Under the pieces are notes generated by a model. The model was not told the DNA's origin and did no database searches. It was given only the letters and a program-made list of their open reading frames with translations. Made by a program: the position numbers and the translations under genes. This document shows positions 23,326 through 36,765 of a stretch of 64,000 nt of DNA, piece by piece (the stretch's first letter is position 1; every line of letters begins with the position of its first letter). Origin of the DNA: Heteronotia binoei (lineage: Eukaryota); the NCBI RefSeq assembly GCF_032191835.1, contig NC_083240.1, positions 10,540,001 to 10,604,000 of the forward strand, read 5' to 3'.

Positions 23326-24087
23326 CTTTGATCAAAAGAGTACAGAAAAGAAGAGTCAAAAGAGGTTCTCCTTCAAGACAGCACCATACAGTTCAGTCAG
23401 CAGAAATACGAATGGCTTTTAGAACTACTTTTACATCATATGCCAGTTTCACAGGTTTATCTTTTTGTCATTTTGCTTTTAAAAACCAACCCACTCCAAG
23501 AAGCAAGACATTTAACATTTCGCATCACTGTATGAATTAAAAGGACTGTTTTGTCTAACTGTTTTTCAAATAACGCAAGCGTTCTGGATGAGACCTTCCC
23601 ATCCCACCACTCCTTGTCAGCGGCACAAAGCCAAGATTGTGCAAGAGAAGCTCCATTGTTCAAAGGCAGTGTACCTTTGTGCGCTGCCAACAAGCAGGAG
23701 GTGGCAGCCGCCTTCAGAACCTGTTTGGGAGACTGAATGCCAAACCACTGCTCTGATTCAGCATGGCGGTTTGCACGTTCACACACAGAAATAACAATCC
23801 CATAGCAATCTCCGCTGAAAAGGGATCGAACGGGGCAGGATTTGAGGAAGGAAAAAAGCAAAGGGTGCGTGCGTGAAGGTTGAAAGCTCTCTTACCATTT
23901 AACTCAGTGCCTGAATCTTTTAACACCCTTCAACTTGAGGCGACAGGTACGGTGTGCCAGGTTAACACTGGAGCCACGCTTGCGCTATGAACGCAGCGGC
24001 AGAACAAACATGTAACCGCCCCCATAACATGACACCTCTGTGCCAGAGCCCTGCTCGTCTCAACAGAAAGAAGAAACAGCAACTTAC

Positions 24088-24152
24088 CATGAGGTCTGGA
24101 CCAGGTGTTGGTTACGTTCACATTCTAATACCTGAAGGTACATAACGATTAT
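24088..24152 (-). CDS. CCNL2: Cyclin L2 exon 5
   Basis: cttccag|...|gtaagt. [22 protein letters not shown]. Confidence 0.96.
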
Positions 24153-25241
24153 CTGGAAGATATGGGTGATTGAGTTATACAGGTGACTGGGTTGTGGACA
24201 GAGGTTATAATTTAGATGGCTGGGGGCAACCAAGTTTATTCTAGCTTGGGTAAGCATCCTTGTGAGACCTCCAGGGTGTCAATACGATGCCAAGTGCAGA
24301 GAAGCAAATACACAAAACATATGAATGCAAAGCACGACCTTTCCTCCTCTGTATTCCATCCGGCCTGGTCTCCTAAACGTATGGTTCTAATCTACAGGCA
24401 GGTGTCTCCTAATGCTCCCAAAAAATTCTTGTTAAGAGTTCAGACGACCTTCACTTATACGTCCACCTCAAAACATACAAGAGCAACTGGTAAGGAAAGA
24501 AAAAATATCAGCACTCTTTCGCTAACATGATTCCTGTGAATTAGGATTATCTCAATATGGTTTACTAGACTGGGTTTGCTTGTTGGCACTCATTCAGGAC
24601 AGCAGGCACTCTCCCATCTGTGTGAATGGACCTTGAGCAATTTTACATCCATTGATCTTATGCGCTGCGTGTGTTTTCATTCTTTTTCTCTTTTTCACTG
24701 CATTTGTTTGACATTACCACTCTAATGTGTTTTTCTTTTGAGTAGGATAATTAATGGTTAGCCTCCAATACGCTGTCTTGTAGCGCCAAGAGTGATACAA
24801 TCTCTGACACCAGCAAGTGTGCTTCAGAGTCACACCCAGTCAGTCTGGCCATCTCCACACTGATGGTTTAAGCAAAAGGACAAAATGGGTGGAACTGGTC
24901 AGCTTTCCAAACTGCTGTCTCACTCAACCCTCAAGACCACCAGCAGTCTTTAATGGCAATGGTGCATCTGTCATTACCTGCTTGTATAAGAATAAACTGC
25001 TTAAGGACTTGGACAATTAAGGCCAGCCAGTGCTCAAGGCATGAGACTTCACTCAAAGGAGACATGGAATCAGATAGTAAGAATTTCTTGAGATGAGAAA
25101 CAAAAGACAGTGAATGCCACTATCATTCAGCTATGACATGTGACGTACAGGCTATGTTTCCATCCATTCGGAGCGAGGGCTTATCAGAACATGAGGCAAC
25201 TTGCGGAATGCGTTAGGAGGGAGGGGAAAGGGGACACAAAC

Positions 25242-25362
25242 CTTATGAGGGTGCTTGACATGCACACAGAATCCTAACTCCTTGAGAACTCTCCTCTCGG
25301 CTTTTATGATTTGGTTCTTCAAGTTAACGTACTCTTGATCCAGTATTAGAGGCACGGGCTTC
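25242..25362 (-). CDS. CCNL2: Cyclin L2 exon 4
   Basis: ccaaacag|...|gtttgt. [40 protein letters not shown]. Confidence 0.96.
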
Positions 25363-26182
25363 CTGTTTGGAAAAGAAGGGAGGCTGAAGTTGCAGCCCAG
25401 ATGGCAAGAGAAGAGTGTGCTCTGAGATATGATTATCCTGGCTGGGTTGCTGGCATATTTCAACTATGTATAATCTGCCTTGAATCCCTATGAAAAAGGC
25501 AGACTATAAATAACACAAATAAAAATTAAATAAAAATAAAACTCGACTCCTTGGGTGTGTAATGGAAGTGGAAGATGAGACCTTTTAAGACCATCATAGT
25601 GCTCATTCAAGGGACATTCCCATTGCTTTCTCACATGTGAATAATTTCTATTGTTCAAATGAGGTGCACTGCTTGGATTCATTCTGGTATCCCACTGATG
25701 GGTATATAAGTCACAGATAACCAGAAAACATTCTATTTCTGTCACTTGTATCCCACAGGCTTTGACTGAATCACACTGATGGTCACAATTTTACGTTTAA
25801 GACGTCCTCCCTGGTCTCTCCCCCCCTCCCTCACAACAGATGTTCTTGAAAGAGGACTTCCTAGTGGCTCTCTCCCTTTTCTAGCCTGGTGATTGGAGCC
25901 AGAGTATCCCCTCCTTTACAGATACAGAGCCTAACCCTTTCTTGTGGATGAGCTGAGGGACAAAACCACTCTGGCTAGGCACTTTGCGTAATCAGAGGCC
26001 ATCCTCCCTCAAGATGGAGGAGGGAGCAAAGAGGAGTGATTTTGAGGGGGGGGGGGGAAGATAGCCTTTTGGGTTCTCCCTGTCACCCGCTGAGTAGTTA
26101 CTGTCCAGGCCTCCCATTCCTTGGATAGTTTGGGCATGAAGGCCCACTGCTAAGACAACCCCCTTGTGTGTTTTACACTTAC

Positions 26183-26292
26183 TTCTTCTCCCTCAGATGT
26201 CGAAGTCTGTGAAATACATTAATGACATCCCGTATACGTCGTGGTGCTTCTTCAATTTTTGAGGCCAAATGAACACAAGCCATTGACACGTG
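26183..26292 (-). CDS. CCNL2: Cyclin L2 exon 3
   Basis: ctttcag|...|gtaagt. [36 protein letters not shown]. Confidence 0.96.
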
Positions 26293-26582
26293 CTGAAAGA
26301 AAAGCATGGGCAAAATATTAAGCTTCATTCCAAGAGCAAACTGCTGGAGAAGGGACAACGGTTCTAATGTTCACTACCAAAATGGAAAAATTAAGCTTGT
26401 TACAGTGGGGGTAACTTCAAACTGACACCTGCTTAAAAGCAGGCTCATGTTCATTTGAGATTCATGGAAATTATCAGTAAAATAACATCACGACTGAGGT
26501 ACAAAGCAGAAAAATCAGCTAAGTAGAATCAAACAATGTAAGAAAACAGCTCATGCTCAGTTTCATAAAATGAATTTCATAC

Positions 26583-26657
26583 CTCCATGGAATGTTTCAC
26601 AAATGACTTTGTGTAAAAGAAACGCTGGAACAACACCTGCCCGGTAGCCATGGCAAC
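26583..26657 (-). CDS. CCNL2: Cyclin L2 exon 2
   Basis: ccctttag|...|gtatga. VAMATGQVLFQRFFYTKSFVKHSME. Confidence 0.96.
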
Positions 26658-27025
26658 CTAAAGGGAAAAATGCAATGCACCCATTAATGCTCATGAAAGA
26701 TGCTCAGAGGAACTAGGAACAGATTCCTTTTGAACCAAATCTGTAGCATCAAAAATGCTTAAGTTTTGACATATTATCAGACGTGGGCTTGTATTCTAAG
26801 CAGTGAAAACAGAGCTGCGCTTGAGGAAGATTAACTTTCCTGCTACGACCTTTCCACTGCAGACTTCGATGTGCCTATGTGGATCAGTGGATCCCAGGAA
26901 GGGGAGGGCCTGCATCAAGGACTGCTACTGCACCAATAAAAGGGCACATAGGACAGTTGTTTTTAAAAACGATGCTGCTGACAAGGTCTTAATTCCTTTG
27001 CTTTTTAACCTTCTAGGAATCCAGC

Positions 27026-27171
27026 AGCACCTTAAAGACTAACAAATTTGTGGTAGGGTATGAGCTTTTGAGAGTCACTGTTCACTTACTTGTTAGTCCT
27101 TAAGGTGTTACTGGATTCTTACTCTTTTCTTCTGCTACAGGCAGACTAACATGGCTGCCCATCTTGATCTA
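27026..27171. mobile_element. Short Penelope-like inverted pLTR-end pair in CCNL2 intron 1
   Basis: aatccagcagcaccttaaagactaacaa ... ttgttagtccttaaggtgttactggatt are inverted arms, followed by a tail gactaacatggctgcccatcttgatcta. Similar structure at about 45180-45312. Confidence 0.55.
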
Positions 27172-29158
27172 CCTTCTGTTTAGTACTCAGCCCTGAACCA
27201 ATCTGGCAACAACAATATGGCTGCCTTAGATCACTGCTGAGTTACTGGACTTCCCTAAATTAATGCCAACTGCATCACCACAGACGTGGATTGCAAACAA
27301 CATGGCATTTCTTCCCACAAGCCAGATGAATGAGATTTGCGAAATGTGACTCAAAACCAGAGTGTGGGGAGGGGAGAGAAGACTGAGAACAGCTGTCTGC
27401 CTGACATCGTTTAAAGATGCCCCAATCAATCCCACTTCACTCCTTCACCGTATGCTTGAAAAGCAGTAATCTTCATCCCAACGGTAGTTGGAATCTGCTT
27501 TTAAGCCCTAGACAGCAACATAGGACACAATGAAGAGCAGACATGTGACAGGACCATGAGTAATAATCTCATATGACTGTGTCGGAGGAAACACCCTCCA
27601 TGACTGAAGGTGTATGCAGAACATCTGAGTATCAACTGGCATCCTGCTGCCCTATACACGTGCAAACCATGAGCTGGCCCTTTCACAAAGCAGGGAAACT
27701 CTACAGAGTTTGCAACCCACTTAAGAATCTTGAATCAGGAGTTGAAGTCTGCTGTGTTGCAGAATTGCAACTAGGAATAATACTGATGAGCCCACTTGCA
27801 GAACTTCTGCTCTCCAGCCCATAAGAGATGGGAAAGCGGCAAAGCAACTATGACTGTAGAATGTGCTGCCTACAGTTTGACTGATTCCTCCACTTCGGTC
27901 CCTGGTACACAGAAACCTGAAATATTCATCCAGCATTAAAATGGAACCTAATACATTACTGATTTACAAATATCATACCAGAAAATAACCACTCCAACTG
28001 CAACGCTATAGTCCCATATTCTCTATTTTAAACATTCAAAAGAGCAACAAGCAAGCATATAAGACACATAAGCATACAAGACACATAATTAAAAAAAAAA
28101 AATTACAGAGGTGGCCCTGAAGGGAAACCAAAAATTGATTTACCTAAAAAGAAGAATTTAGAAATGGGGAAGAATACAAAGTCACATCCTCAACGTCAGA
28201 GAAATGTTTACTCCCTTCAGACAGTTATCAGCAGGCTTGGCAGGCATACATGACTAGAGAGGGAGGAGACTTTTCTTGAGGGGGGAAAGAACATTGGATT
28301 CTATTAATCTAACTCGGCTGTCATTTCCGGGCAAGGCTGTTACATCATCCACTTCCTGGAAGAGCCAGGTTACTGCCAGGGAACCTCCATTATACTCAAC
28401 AGGGAATTTTCTGCCATCCACCCTGCTCTAGCAGGGAAAAATCTCAAACCCGTGGTGGATTCTTGTGAAACATAAGATCCTATTAAGGTCGGGAGTCTGG
28501 GGTTCTTTGTTTGAGGGCTTGATTGCACAGCATCTGTCCAGGGGGAAGAACAAAAGCCCTGCATTCAGTACTAGCGGGGATTCTGAACAAAGCAGCCAAT
28601 GTGGAAGCTTTCAAGGGACTCCTCCTCCAAGCCCTTTCTCCAAAGAGATGCATCCATGGCTCAAAGGTGTTCACAATCTAGTTTAAGTGTCCTCAGCAAC
28701 TGCTCCTTCAAACCACTTTCTCACTCTTTCCAAGAGAATAGCCTGCTCCTTTTCATCCCTATTGTTAGGTTTCCTCTCCACAAAAGGGCTGTGCTGTCTT
28801 AATCATAAGGGGTGGTATTTTTATGCCTTTTTTTACAGCCATATATGCAAACCAGCATAACAGATAAAAAATCTCCAATATGTCACCTCCCCCAACTTCT
28901 CCTAGACCCTCTCCCTATTTTTTGCCTGAGGACTGTCCCCACCTATTTCTTCTTACAGTAAAAGATCAAGTGCGGTGGGGGGGGGGATCAAACAAAGTAT
29001 TTTCTCTTTAGGGATGAGTGAAATACTTCCGACATAGCTTGGCTTTACTAATTAAAAACGTGTAGTTATTTTTACATAAAAACAATCTACAGTAGTAAAC
29101 AATAAGGCCTATATTTATGAGAAGCACACAATGCAAGTATATTGTTTAAAGGCAAGTA

Positions 29159-30179
29159 CAGAGTTGCCACTAAAATTTTATTTTTCATTTCCCTGACCAC
29201 CATTTGTCAATTTCCCTGACCACCATTCAAATATAAACACAAGTTAAAAAATGAATAGGTCATGTTGCATTAATGCAAGGCTTAATGAAATGTTCCACTC
29301 TACAACTACACAAGTCTCAACTCCAAAAATATCTGTCAAAATAAGATTTAATATCAGCTTCTTTCAACATTAACTGCAGCAACATCTGTTTTGCAGTTGC
29401 ACCAAAAATTACACCAAGATACAAACTTCAATTCAATTAAACTCTGAATGCTAACAAGAAATTTCCAAAGCTGGGAAAGTTTCACTTTCACTTTCCAGAA
29501 AGTGTAATGAGCAGATCAGCAGCAAGAAAGGAGGTGGAGTTTTTGCATTCTAGCAGACAACCCTCATTCGTAGCCTTTATGCATATGAGAAGTCAGGAAA
29601 GAGGGTGAAAGAGCTGGTACGCTGTAAACTCCAGTAGGAACAAGCAATCACATTTGCAAAATTTACTTTGCATGGTGCATAGTAGAAAGTGTTGGTTGTC
29701 TGTGAAATCCAACAGTGGCAAAATGCTTTTGCAACTCTGTGCTGGGTTTAGCCGGAGACAAAACATTCCATACACAAACATGACCCCAAAACATGCTTAT
29801 CTTTAGATGTTAAGTTAAATGTAGTACTAGCAGGTAGGGATGAAAACAATTGGATGTTTGAAGTTTGTATATTGCTAAATGTTTAAACTAGCCTTGCTTT
29901 GCAAATGCTACAGGCAGACAGACCTTGGAAATCATGCAGGGACAGAGCTCAACAAGCACATTAGGCTGGTTGCTGGGGATGGAGCTGAGAAAAAGGTGGA
30001 ACTGGGAAAGGGCATCATTAAGTTTCCTTGTATTCTGCTACTTCTCTATTCCAGTTGCCACAAGAACAGATCATGCTCTTGCAGCAGCAGGTCAAAAATC
30101 CACTGCTTGAATATATTTTAATCACAATTTCCCTGGCTTCTGACCAGTTTCCCTGACTTTCCCAAAAGTGGCAATCCTG
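29159..30179. mobile_element. Old non-autonomous DNA transposon (hAT-like)
   Basis: Imperfect TIRs cagagttgccact / agtggcaatcctg, with subterminal ttccctgac repeats at both ends. Confidence 0.45.
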
Positions 30180-33100
30180 AAGTATTTTTTCTATAATATA
30201 TATAGCACTCTTGTATTGAATTCAGTATTATAAAGTTTAGAACTGATATCTAAATATGTTGATAGTCCCACTGCAAAAAAAAAAGAAAGAACAATCCTTT
30301 TGTGACAGCATAACAGCATCCAAATTATATACTTCATTTTCTGCTTATTAAGTTTGTATTCTCAGCTTTTTTTCCTTGCATCACAGATGGAAGAAACTGA
30401 AATCGAAACACTAAGGCAGCATGAATCACAACAATCTGCAGTACTCTCATATGTGACACATTCTAAATTTTGTTTGAAGAAAACTAAGACAGTTTAACTT
30501 TATAAGCACTCCAAAAGAACATTGTCTGCTAAGTTATAAATGATGTATTTTATGTTATAATAGCAAGAAAAGTTTGTAATTGAACAGTGTTGCATCACAT
30601 CTGACCACTAGCATCTAGACGCTAACTGTGGCCAGATGCCAGAAGTGATGGCAACAGTTTTCCACAGCCACTGATGTTTGGTAGTATAGTGCCTCCAAGT
30701 GTGGAAATTCCATTGGTAATAACTGTTGCTAAAACAAAAAAATGAAGGACCACATTTCTGACAGGATCAAAATGGAGACTGCCAGCCTCAGTACTTCTGA
30801 AAATGAAGACAGTCTACTCTCTCTTCACAGCTAACAGCCACTGATATCTTTCAACCTCCACAAAGTTGTCAAATCTTTCGTAAGAAATGCCTTGCTGTGA
30901 AGGTCCAGCTAGTCAATAATCCCATTTTACCAGAGATAAAAGCAAGTGCCTCTGGGAAGTCTAGAAGCAGGGCATGGACCACCACCACTGTCCCACCAAT
31001 CATCAGAGGCATATTATCTCTGTAAGTGGACTCTGAACTCTCATGGTCAATAAGGGCAACCTTGCTGCACTACACCAAAGGTTTATTTGGTTTCCAATTT
31101 ACTGTTATTGCTGAAATTGTATAGTAGTTATCAAATTTTTTTTGTTATGGAAATCATACAGGGCTTAAATAACAGTGGGGAAATATATTTTAAAAATATG
31201 AATTGGGCATATGCTGTTAAAATGGCAATAGCCTTCAACTAACTAGGGAGGTCCCCCCCCCCCCCCACACACATGCTGAATTTTGCTACAGGCTCCACCA
31301 AAGACAGCTGCAAGAACATAAAAAGAACTGAGAAGCTTTTAATTTCATATCTGCCCCCCTTCACTCCACTGCTGATGGAAGAGCCAAGAGTCACATTCCA
31401 TCTAGAGCTGTTTTTCTTGTACTGTTTGTAAGCTGCTCTAGGATAATTTGATTTTAAAGACAAAATAAAAGTCTTCCAAATGAAAAGGAGAAGCTCAGAA
31501 GTTGGAATTCACATGCAAATTTAAACTGATTCAATAGGTTTTGGGGTGGCTAGCAGATGACTTCAGATAATGTAATCACATGCGGAGCTGACCACAATGT
31601 TTAGACCTTGTTTTAAACTGGCTCGCCTGCTTACCACCAAGTGCCTGGCATGTAACTTAACCCATGTCTCGGAATGCCAAGCCTTTCCGGCATCTCTTTG
31701 TAACATTCCTCCTAACACTTCTGCCCAGTGAGAGCCTTACTTCATTCATCTGATGAAATCAACTCTGCCTTACAAGATCACATGCCACAACACATTTGTT
31801 ATTCAGATTCTTTTGTTGCCTTTTAAACAATATTCCTGATTTTTCAGAGCTGGAATTTTACTGGCTTGTGCGTTTATCCTTAGAAGCCCCCTGGATTTTT
31901 TTTTTTTAATGGAAAGGCTGCATAGAAAAAGCTATGTGTTATATGCATCTATTATTAGAAATTGCAGTGGAAATGTACCTGAAGGGCAAGGCACAACATA
32001 TACAATAAATACATATCTTATATGTTGTTTCTACGCTGTCCGTCAACCAAAACCTTCCTATGTGAATGAATACACATATAGGCATGGCTTTTTTGTAGAA
32101 TAAGATTAGCGGGTACTTATTTGCATATTAGGATACACCCCTTGACACCATGCCAGCTGGAACTGCATTCCTGTGTGTTCCTGCTAAAAAAAAAAAAGCC
32201 TTGCATATAGGTATATCCTGGGCTTTTTTGTCGAAAAAAGCCCACCAAGGTCTCATTTGCATATTAGGCCACACCCCGTGACACCAAGCCAGCCGGAACT
32301 GCGTTCCTGCTCAAAAATGCCCTGGGTATATGTATCTATGTATATACCTATACATATATGTATGTATAGATATGTGTTTTTTACAATATCAACACACATA
32401 GTGATCATAAGACATCTATGGAAAATACATAATTTTAATTATTTAATTCTACCTTGCCACCCAAACCACTTGCCACTCTCTGTCTGGGGCAGTGATGCTC
32501 TGTATTCTTGGTGCTGGGGCGGGGAACAGTGGGAGGGTTTCTAGTGTCCTGGTCCCACTGGTGGACCTCCTGATGGCACTTGGCTTTTTGGCTGCTGTGT
32601 GACACAGAGTGTTAGACTGGACCGGCTACATGCCTGATCCAACATTGCTTCTCTTATGTCCTTAAACCAAAGTTTCCAAAACAGTTTCTGATTTGATGGT
32701 GAGGCAGAAAATATGAAGCTATTTCATATCCCTCGCTGCTAACAGGGACGACAAAACACCCTTGCCCGATTGTTAGGGTTTCCAAGGTGAGAGGTCCTCC
32801 AAAGTTGTGGTTTGCCATAGATTGCCTTCGCACAGCCACCCCAAACTTCCTTGGCGCCGCCACCCCCCCCCGGGGGCCATCCAGGGGAGGGCATGTGTCT
32901 GCGAAACCGAAAGGTCTCCTTCCCTTAACAGACCAAACAAGAGACTCTGGTCATTTGTTCCCTCTAAGCTGAGTTAACGTGAGCCAACTCACAGATTTTT
33001 AGCCTCCAGTTCACACATTTTTGTCTTAAGCTCAGGAAGGATGCCCCCAGAGCACACTAATTCATGCAGCAGCTCACAAAGTAGATTTTTTTTCCTATTT

Positions 33101-33279
33101 AAATTGAATCTGTATGCTTAATCAGTTTCAGAGTCATAGTGGGCACCACTGTGTTGTGTTTTGGCAGCTTTGTGTGTGTGAGTCTTGATTTTACATTTCA
33201 CATTATTTTGTAACTCAATAAACTGTTTTTCAAATTTGAAAAAAAAAAAACCGAAGTAGAATTTTTGCTCATGAGGCTC

Positions 33280-34330
33280 TGCACCTTAAGAGGGAACATC
33301 GCTCTCGTCTCGTATCGCACTTCCGTATTTTCGTTTTAATCCGACGTTTCCGCCGAGGATCCCTGAGCGTCTCTCCCGGCTCTATCCCTCCCCGGCCGGC
33401 GAAAAAAGGCCTCCGCTTCCGCCCGCAGCTTTTCCGCTTCCCCTCCCAAGTCTCCCTGCCATTATTTCCCGCTCCCTCCTCCCCTGGCCTCCGAGGCCTA
33501 TTCCACGGCCGAGGCCTTGCCCGCCCTTCCCCCACCGCGGCCTACCAACCTGAGGAAGCCGGAGCAGAATGCCGGCGGCCTGGATGAGCTCGCAGCCGGT
33601 AATCCGGAGCTGGGCTTCGGTCTCGGCGTCCAGGCCGCTGCCCATGGAAGGCGTGAAGCGGAGCGCGTCGTCCGACAAGAGGCAGTTCTCCAGAGTGATC
33701 AGCACCCCCGAGTACAGGCGGTCGCCGATACGGACGGCTCCCGGAGGAGGCGGCTGAGGAGGGACCAGGCAGCCACCGGAGGGAAAGGACGACGACGACG
33801 ACCCCGGGCCGGGCGGCATCCCCGAACCAGGCCCCGCTAGGGTAGCCGCCACTCCGCCGCCGCCGCCTCCCGCGGCCGCCATTATCGCCGCCGCCATCTT
33901 GTCTCGACGACGACGTCGCGGATTCACCTCAGACGGACTGACGAGTTCGCCTCTGCCTTAATGCCCTCCCCCCTGCTTCCGCTCTCGCGGAGCTTCTCTG
34001 CCTCGCCATTGGCTGCCCGCTACCGGCTGCCGCGTTCCCATTGGACGCAGAGGTTCCTCATTGTGACGCGACGGCTAAGAATTCTATTTCCCCCTCCTCT
34101 CTCTCTCCCCCCCCCCTCCGCCTTCTTTGAAACTAGGCGAGGCGGAGGAGAGGGTTAGTCAAGGGGAATGACGAGAGTTCCCAGCGTGCAACGCGGAGCT
34201 CCCTAACGGCCGCCTACGACAGGCCTGCTTTCCCCCCCTCCCCTCACGACGTTGGGCTGTACCACGTTCCATGATGGGGGTGATTCATGGCATTCAATGG
34301 CCACGCAGCCCCCAAATCCGTCCAGCATAC
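33280..34330 (-). promoter_or_regulatory. CCNL2: CCNL2 CpG-island promoter
   Basis: High CpG density. Perfect YY1 motif CAAGATGGCGGC over the ATG (33890-33901). Two CCAAT boxes (34008-34012, 34040-34044). TGACG half-CRE at 34064-34068. No TATA. Confidence 0.8.
33550..33897 (-). CDS. CCNL2: Cyclin L2 exon 1
   Basis: caagATGGCG start. [15 protein letters not shown]...[61 protein letters not shown]|gttggt. Confidence 0.96.
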
Positions 34331-36594
34331 GAAACTGACATGCTTGGGAGACGTCGCACTTGCAGCACTTCTCCATACCATGCTAATTTTCTGTGTGGAA
34401 GATGATATTTCACACACTGAAGCGGTCAATAATTTGAGCATCCCCCTGCCATTTGCAATGGTACAACCCAACCGCAGGTTGGTTACCTGTGTGGGAAAAT
34501 CCGAGCAGAACTTCCCCATAAAGGTTGCCCCAGGCTAATACCAAGCGTGTTTTAATTTGGATATTAAAGAGTCCCAGTTCTGTCCAAGAGGAAGGTCACA
34601 GCAATTAAAATAGCATGGCCTGCTGCCATTTAATCTGCCTGCCTGGCCAGATGGTTACTTCTTGGGGAAGATATTAATGTTAATAAAACCCAGGCTAGCC
34701 TGATTACAGAAACGAAGCAGGATAGGCCCTACTTGGATGGGAGAACACCTAGGAATAAGGGGGTTGTGACACAAAGGCAGACAATGGCAAAGCCACCTTT
34801 GAACATTCCTTCCTACCTGGAAAACCCAAAAGGTGTGACCTAAATCAGGGGTCCCCAACTGGGCCATGAGTTGTATAATTGTTTCACTATATACCACAAT
34901 ATAATAATAAAGTGCACAATTGTATCATCCCAAAACCACCCACCACCCCCAGCCTGTGGAAAAATTGACTTCCACAAAACTGGTCCCTGGTGTCAAAAAG
35001 GACCGGCGCCCTAAATCAGCTCTGACTTGACAGCAAAATGAACAAAGCTTGGCCGTATTCACCCCTTTTCTATAAGAATTTTTTTTTTTTTAAAAGCTTA
35101 CTTTCCAAAGTGAAGCACTCTGTGTGTGGCCCAGAAACATGATACTGATTAAACAGATATTTTTGGCAGGGGGAGAAAAAAGGGTCTCTTCAGTATGTCT
35201 CAAATGAGATAAGCTTATCTGCTTCCTTGCTGACATGTAGAAGTTAGCCATGAAAGCATAAAATGCAGCTTGCATATTTGTAACGAAAAGTTGTTTGTGT
35301 AGGGGTATAAAAACCCACCCTCGCTCCAGTCAAGTGGGGAAATGGGTGGAGCTGATTTGCCCTTCTGTATGATGGTGGAAGACAGGAGGGCCTGGCGTGA
35401 CTTTGTCTATGGGGTTGCAAAGAGTCGGACTTACTGTGTGACCGAACAACAACATCTCCCTTATTCCAGGAATAATGGGTCCCCCACCTCACCTGTGTGT
35501 TAATTGCATCAGGTTAACGACCCTATTCTGGCAACAATACCAAAAAGAATCTAGGAACAAAAGAAAGCCACTCCTTTGGCTCAGCAAGGAAAAGCTTTGT
35601 GTATGCCTTGAGGCTACTTCTTTTCATTTGGCTGGCCCTCTTCACAAAAGACATAACTATCAGCACTTAACAGATCTTATTTGAAAACATGGAAGCTTCA
35701 GGTGCTCAATTTCTATTTTTCCCCCAAGGTTCACTTCAAAATTAAAATAAGACAGACAAGAATCTGTTCCCTCCTCACACACAATGCTGTATTTCAAATA
35801 TACACACTTCCTATCCTAGTAATAGATTAAGAAAACCCAGGATGGGAATTTCCTTGATTTTTGCCTGCTTCCTGCCACTAGCTTGTGGAAGTTTCTCACC
35901 CCACATTATATCCCTGGAGATGAAACATCTTCAGTTCCACAAACCAGAGTTTTACTGGCTCTATACCAGAGGGATGAAAAGACACAACAGTAGCCACAAA
36001 CAATTTCAACAGTCCTTTTAATTAAAAGTATAGTGGAGAAAGACTTATTTTTTTTTATTTATTTGATTTATATCTTGCCCTCCCCACCGAAGGCAGCCTC
36101 AGGGCGGCTCACAAATTAATTAATCATGAGACAAAAGGTCTCAATTAATTCAGGATCTGCATCTAGAAGACCTAATCTGCTCTTCCCTGGCTCCTGACGT
36201 AGCTTCTGATGCATTTCAACTGTTCCTCTCAAGCCACATCGTAGACAACGGACTCTGCAACCTTCTCTTCTGCAGCTGAATAAAGGGAGGCATTTAATCT
36301 TAAACAAGAGAAAAATTGTAATGAGGAAATGAAGTGGCCAAAGGCCCAAGTCACTGTTTACACTAGGAGGAGAAAAGTTCTTTGCTCGAGACAAAATTGC
36401 TGGCTTTCCTGATCTAGTGTTGAAAATACAAGCATTCTTAAAATTTAATTGCAACACAGAGTGGGTTATAACCTTCAAAGCAAGAAAGGATGATCCCACC
36501 CCAGTCAGGGATCTGACTTGCTTTGCTTTACACCCTGAGACTATGTTTTGCAAAACCAAAGTGTTCCCTTTTAGCACAGCCGACAACCACAGCT

Positions 36595-36765
36595 TTAGGA
36601 ATACGGCACATAGCGTGAAAATATTCCCTCCGGTTCTTTTCCTTCCTTAGCGGCGACCAGGCCTTCTTCTCCCCTCCTTTTAGCCAATGCCACCAAGGAC
36701 TTGAATGTCTTCGGTTCATAGATCGCCATGTCAGCAAGGACTTTCCTGTTCAGTTCCACCTGACA
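36595..36765 (-). CDS. MRPL20: MRPL20 exon 4
   Basis: gcatttcag| [56 protein letters not shown]. Confidence 0.96.
   Translation of the reverse strand, partial: CQVELNRKVLADMAIYEPKTFKSLVALAKRRGEEGLVAAKEGKEPEGIFSRYVPYS

Larger units (their letters stand above)
16269..33897 (-). other. CCNL2: Cyclin L2 gene model (11 coding exons, 1635 nt, 544 aa)
   Basis: complement(join(16269-16626,17120-17212,18708-18825,19435-19576,20319-20423,21102-21201,24088-24152,25242-25362,26183-26292,26583-26657,33550-33897)). All introns are GT-AG and phases are consistent. Two cyclin folds plus a C-terminal RS domain. Confidence 0.97.
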
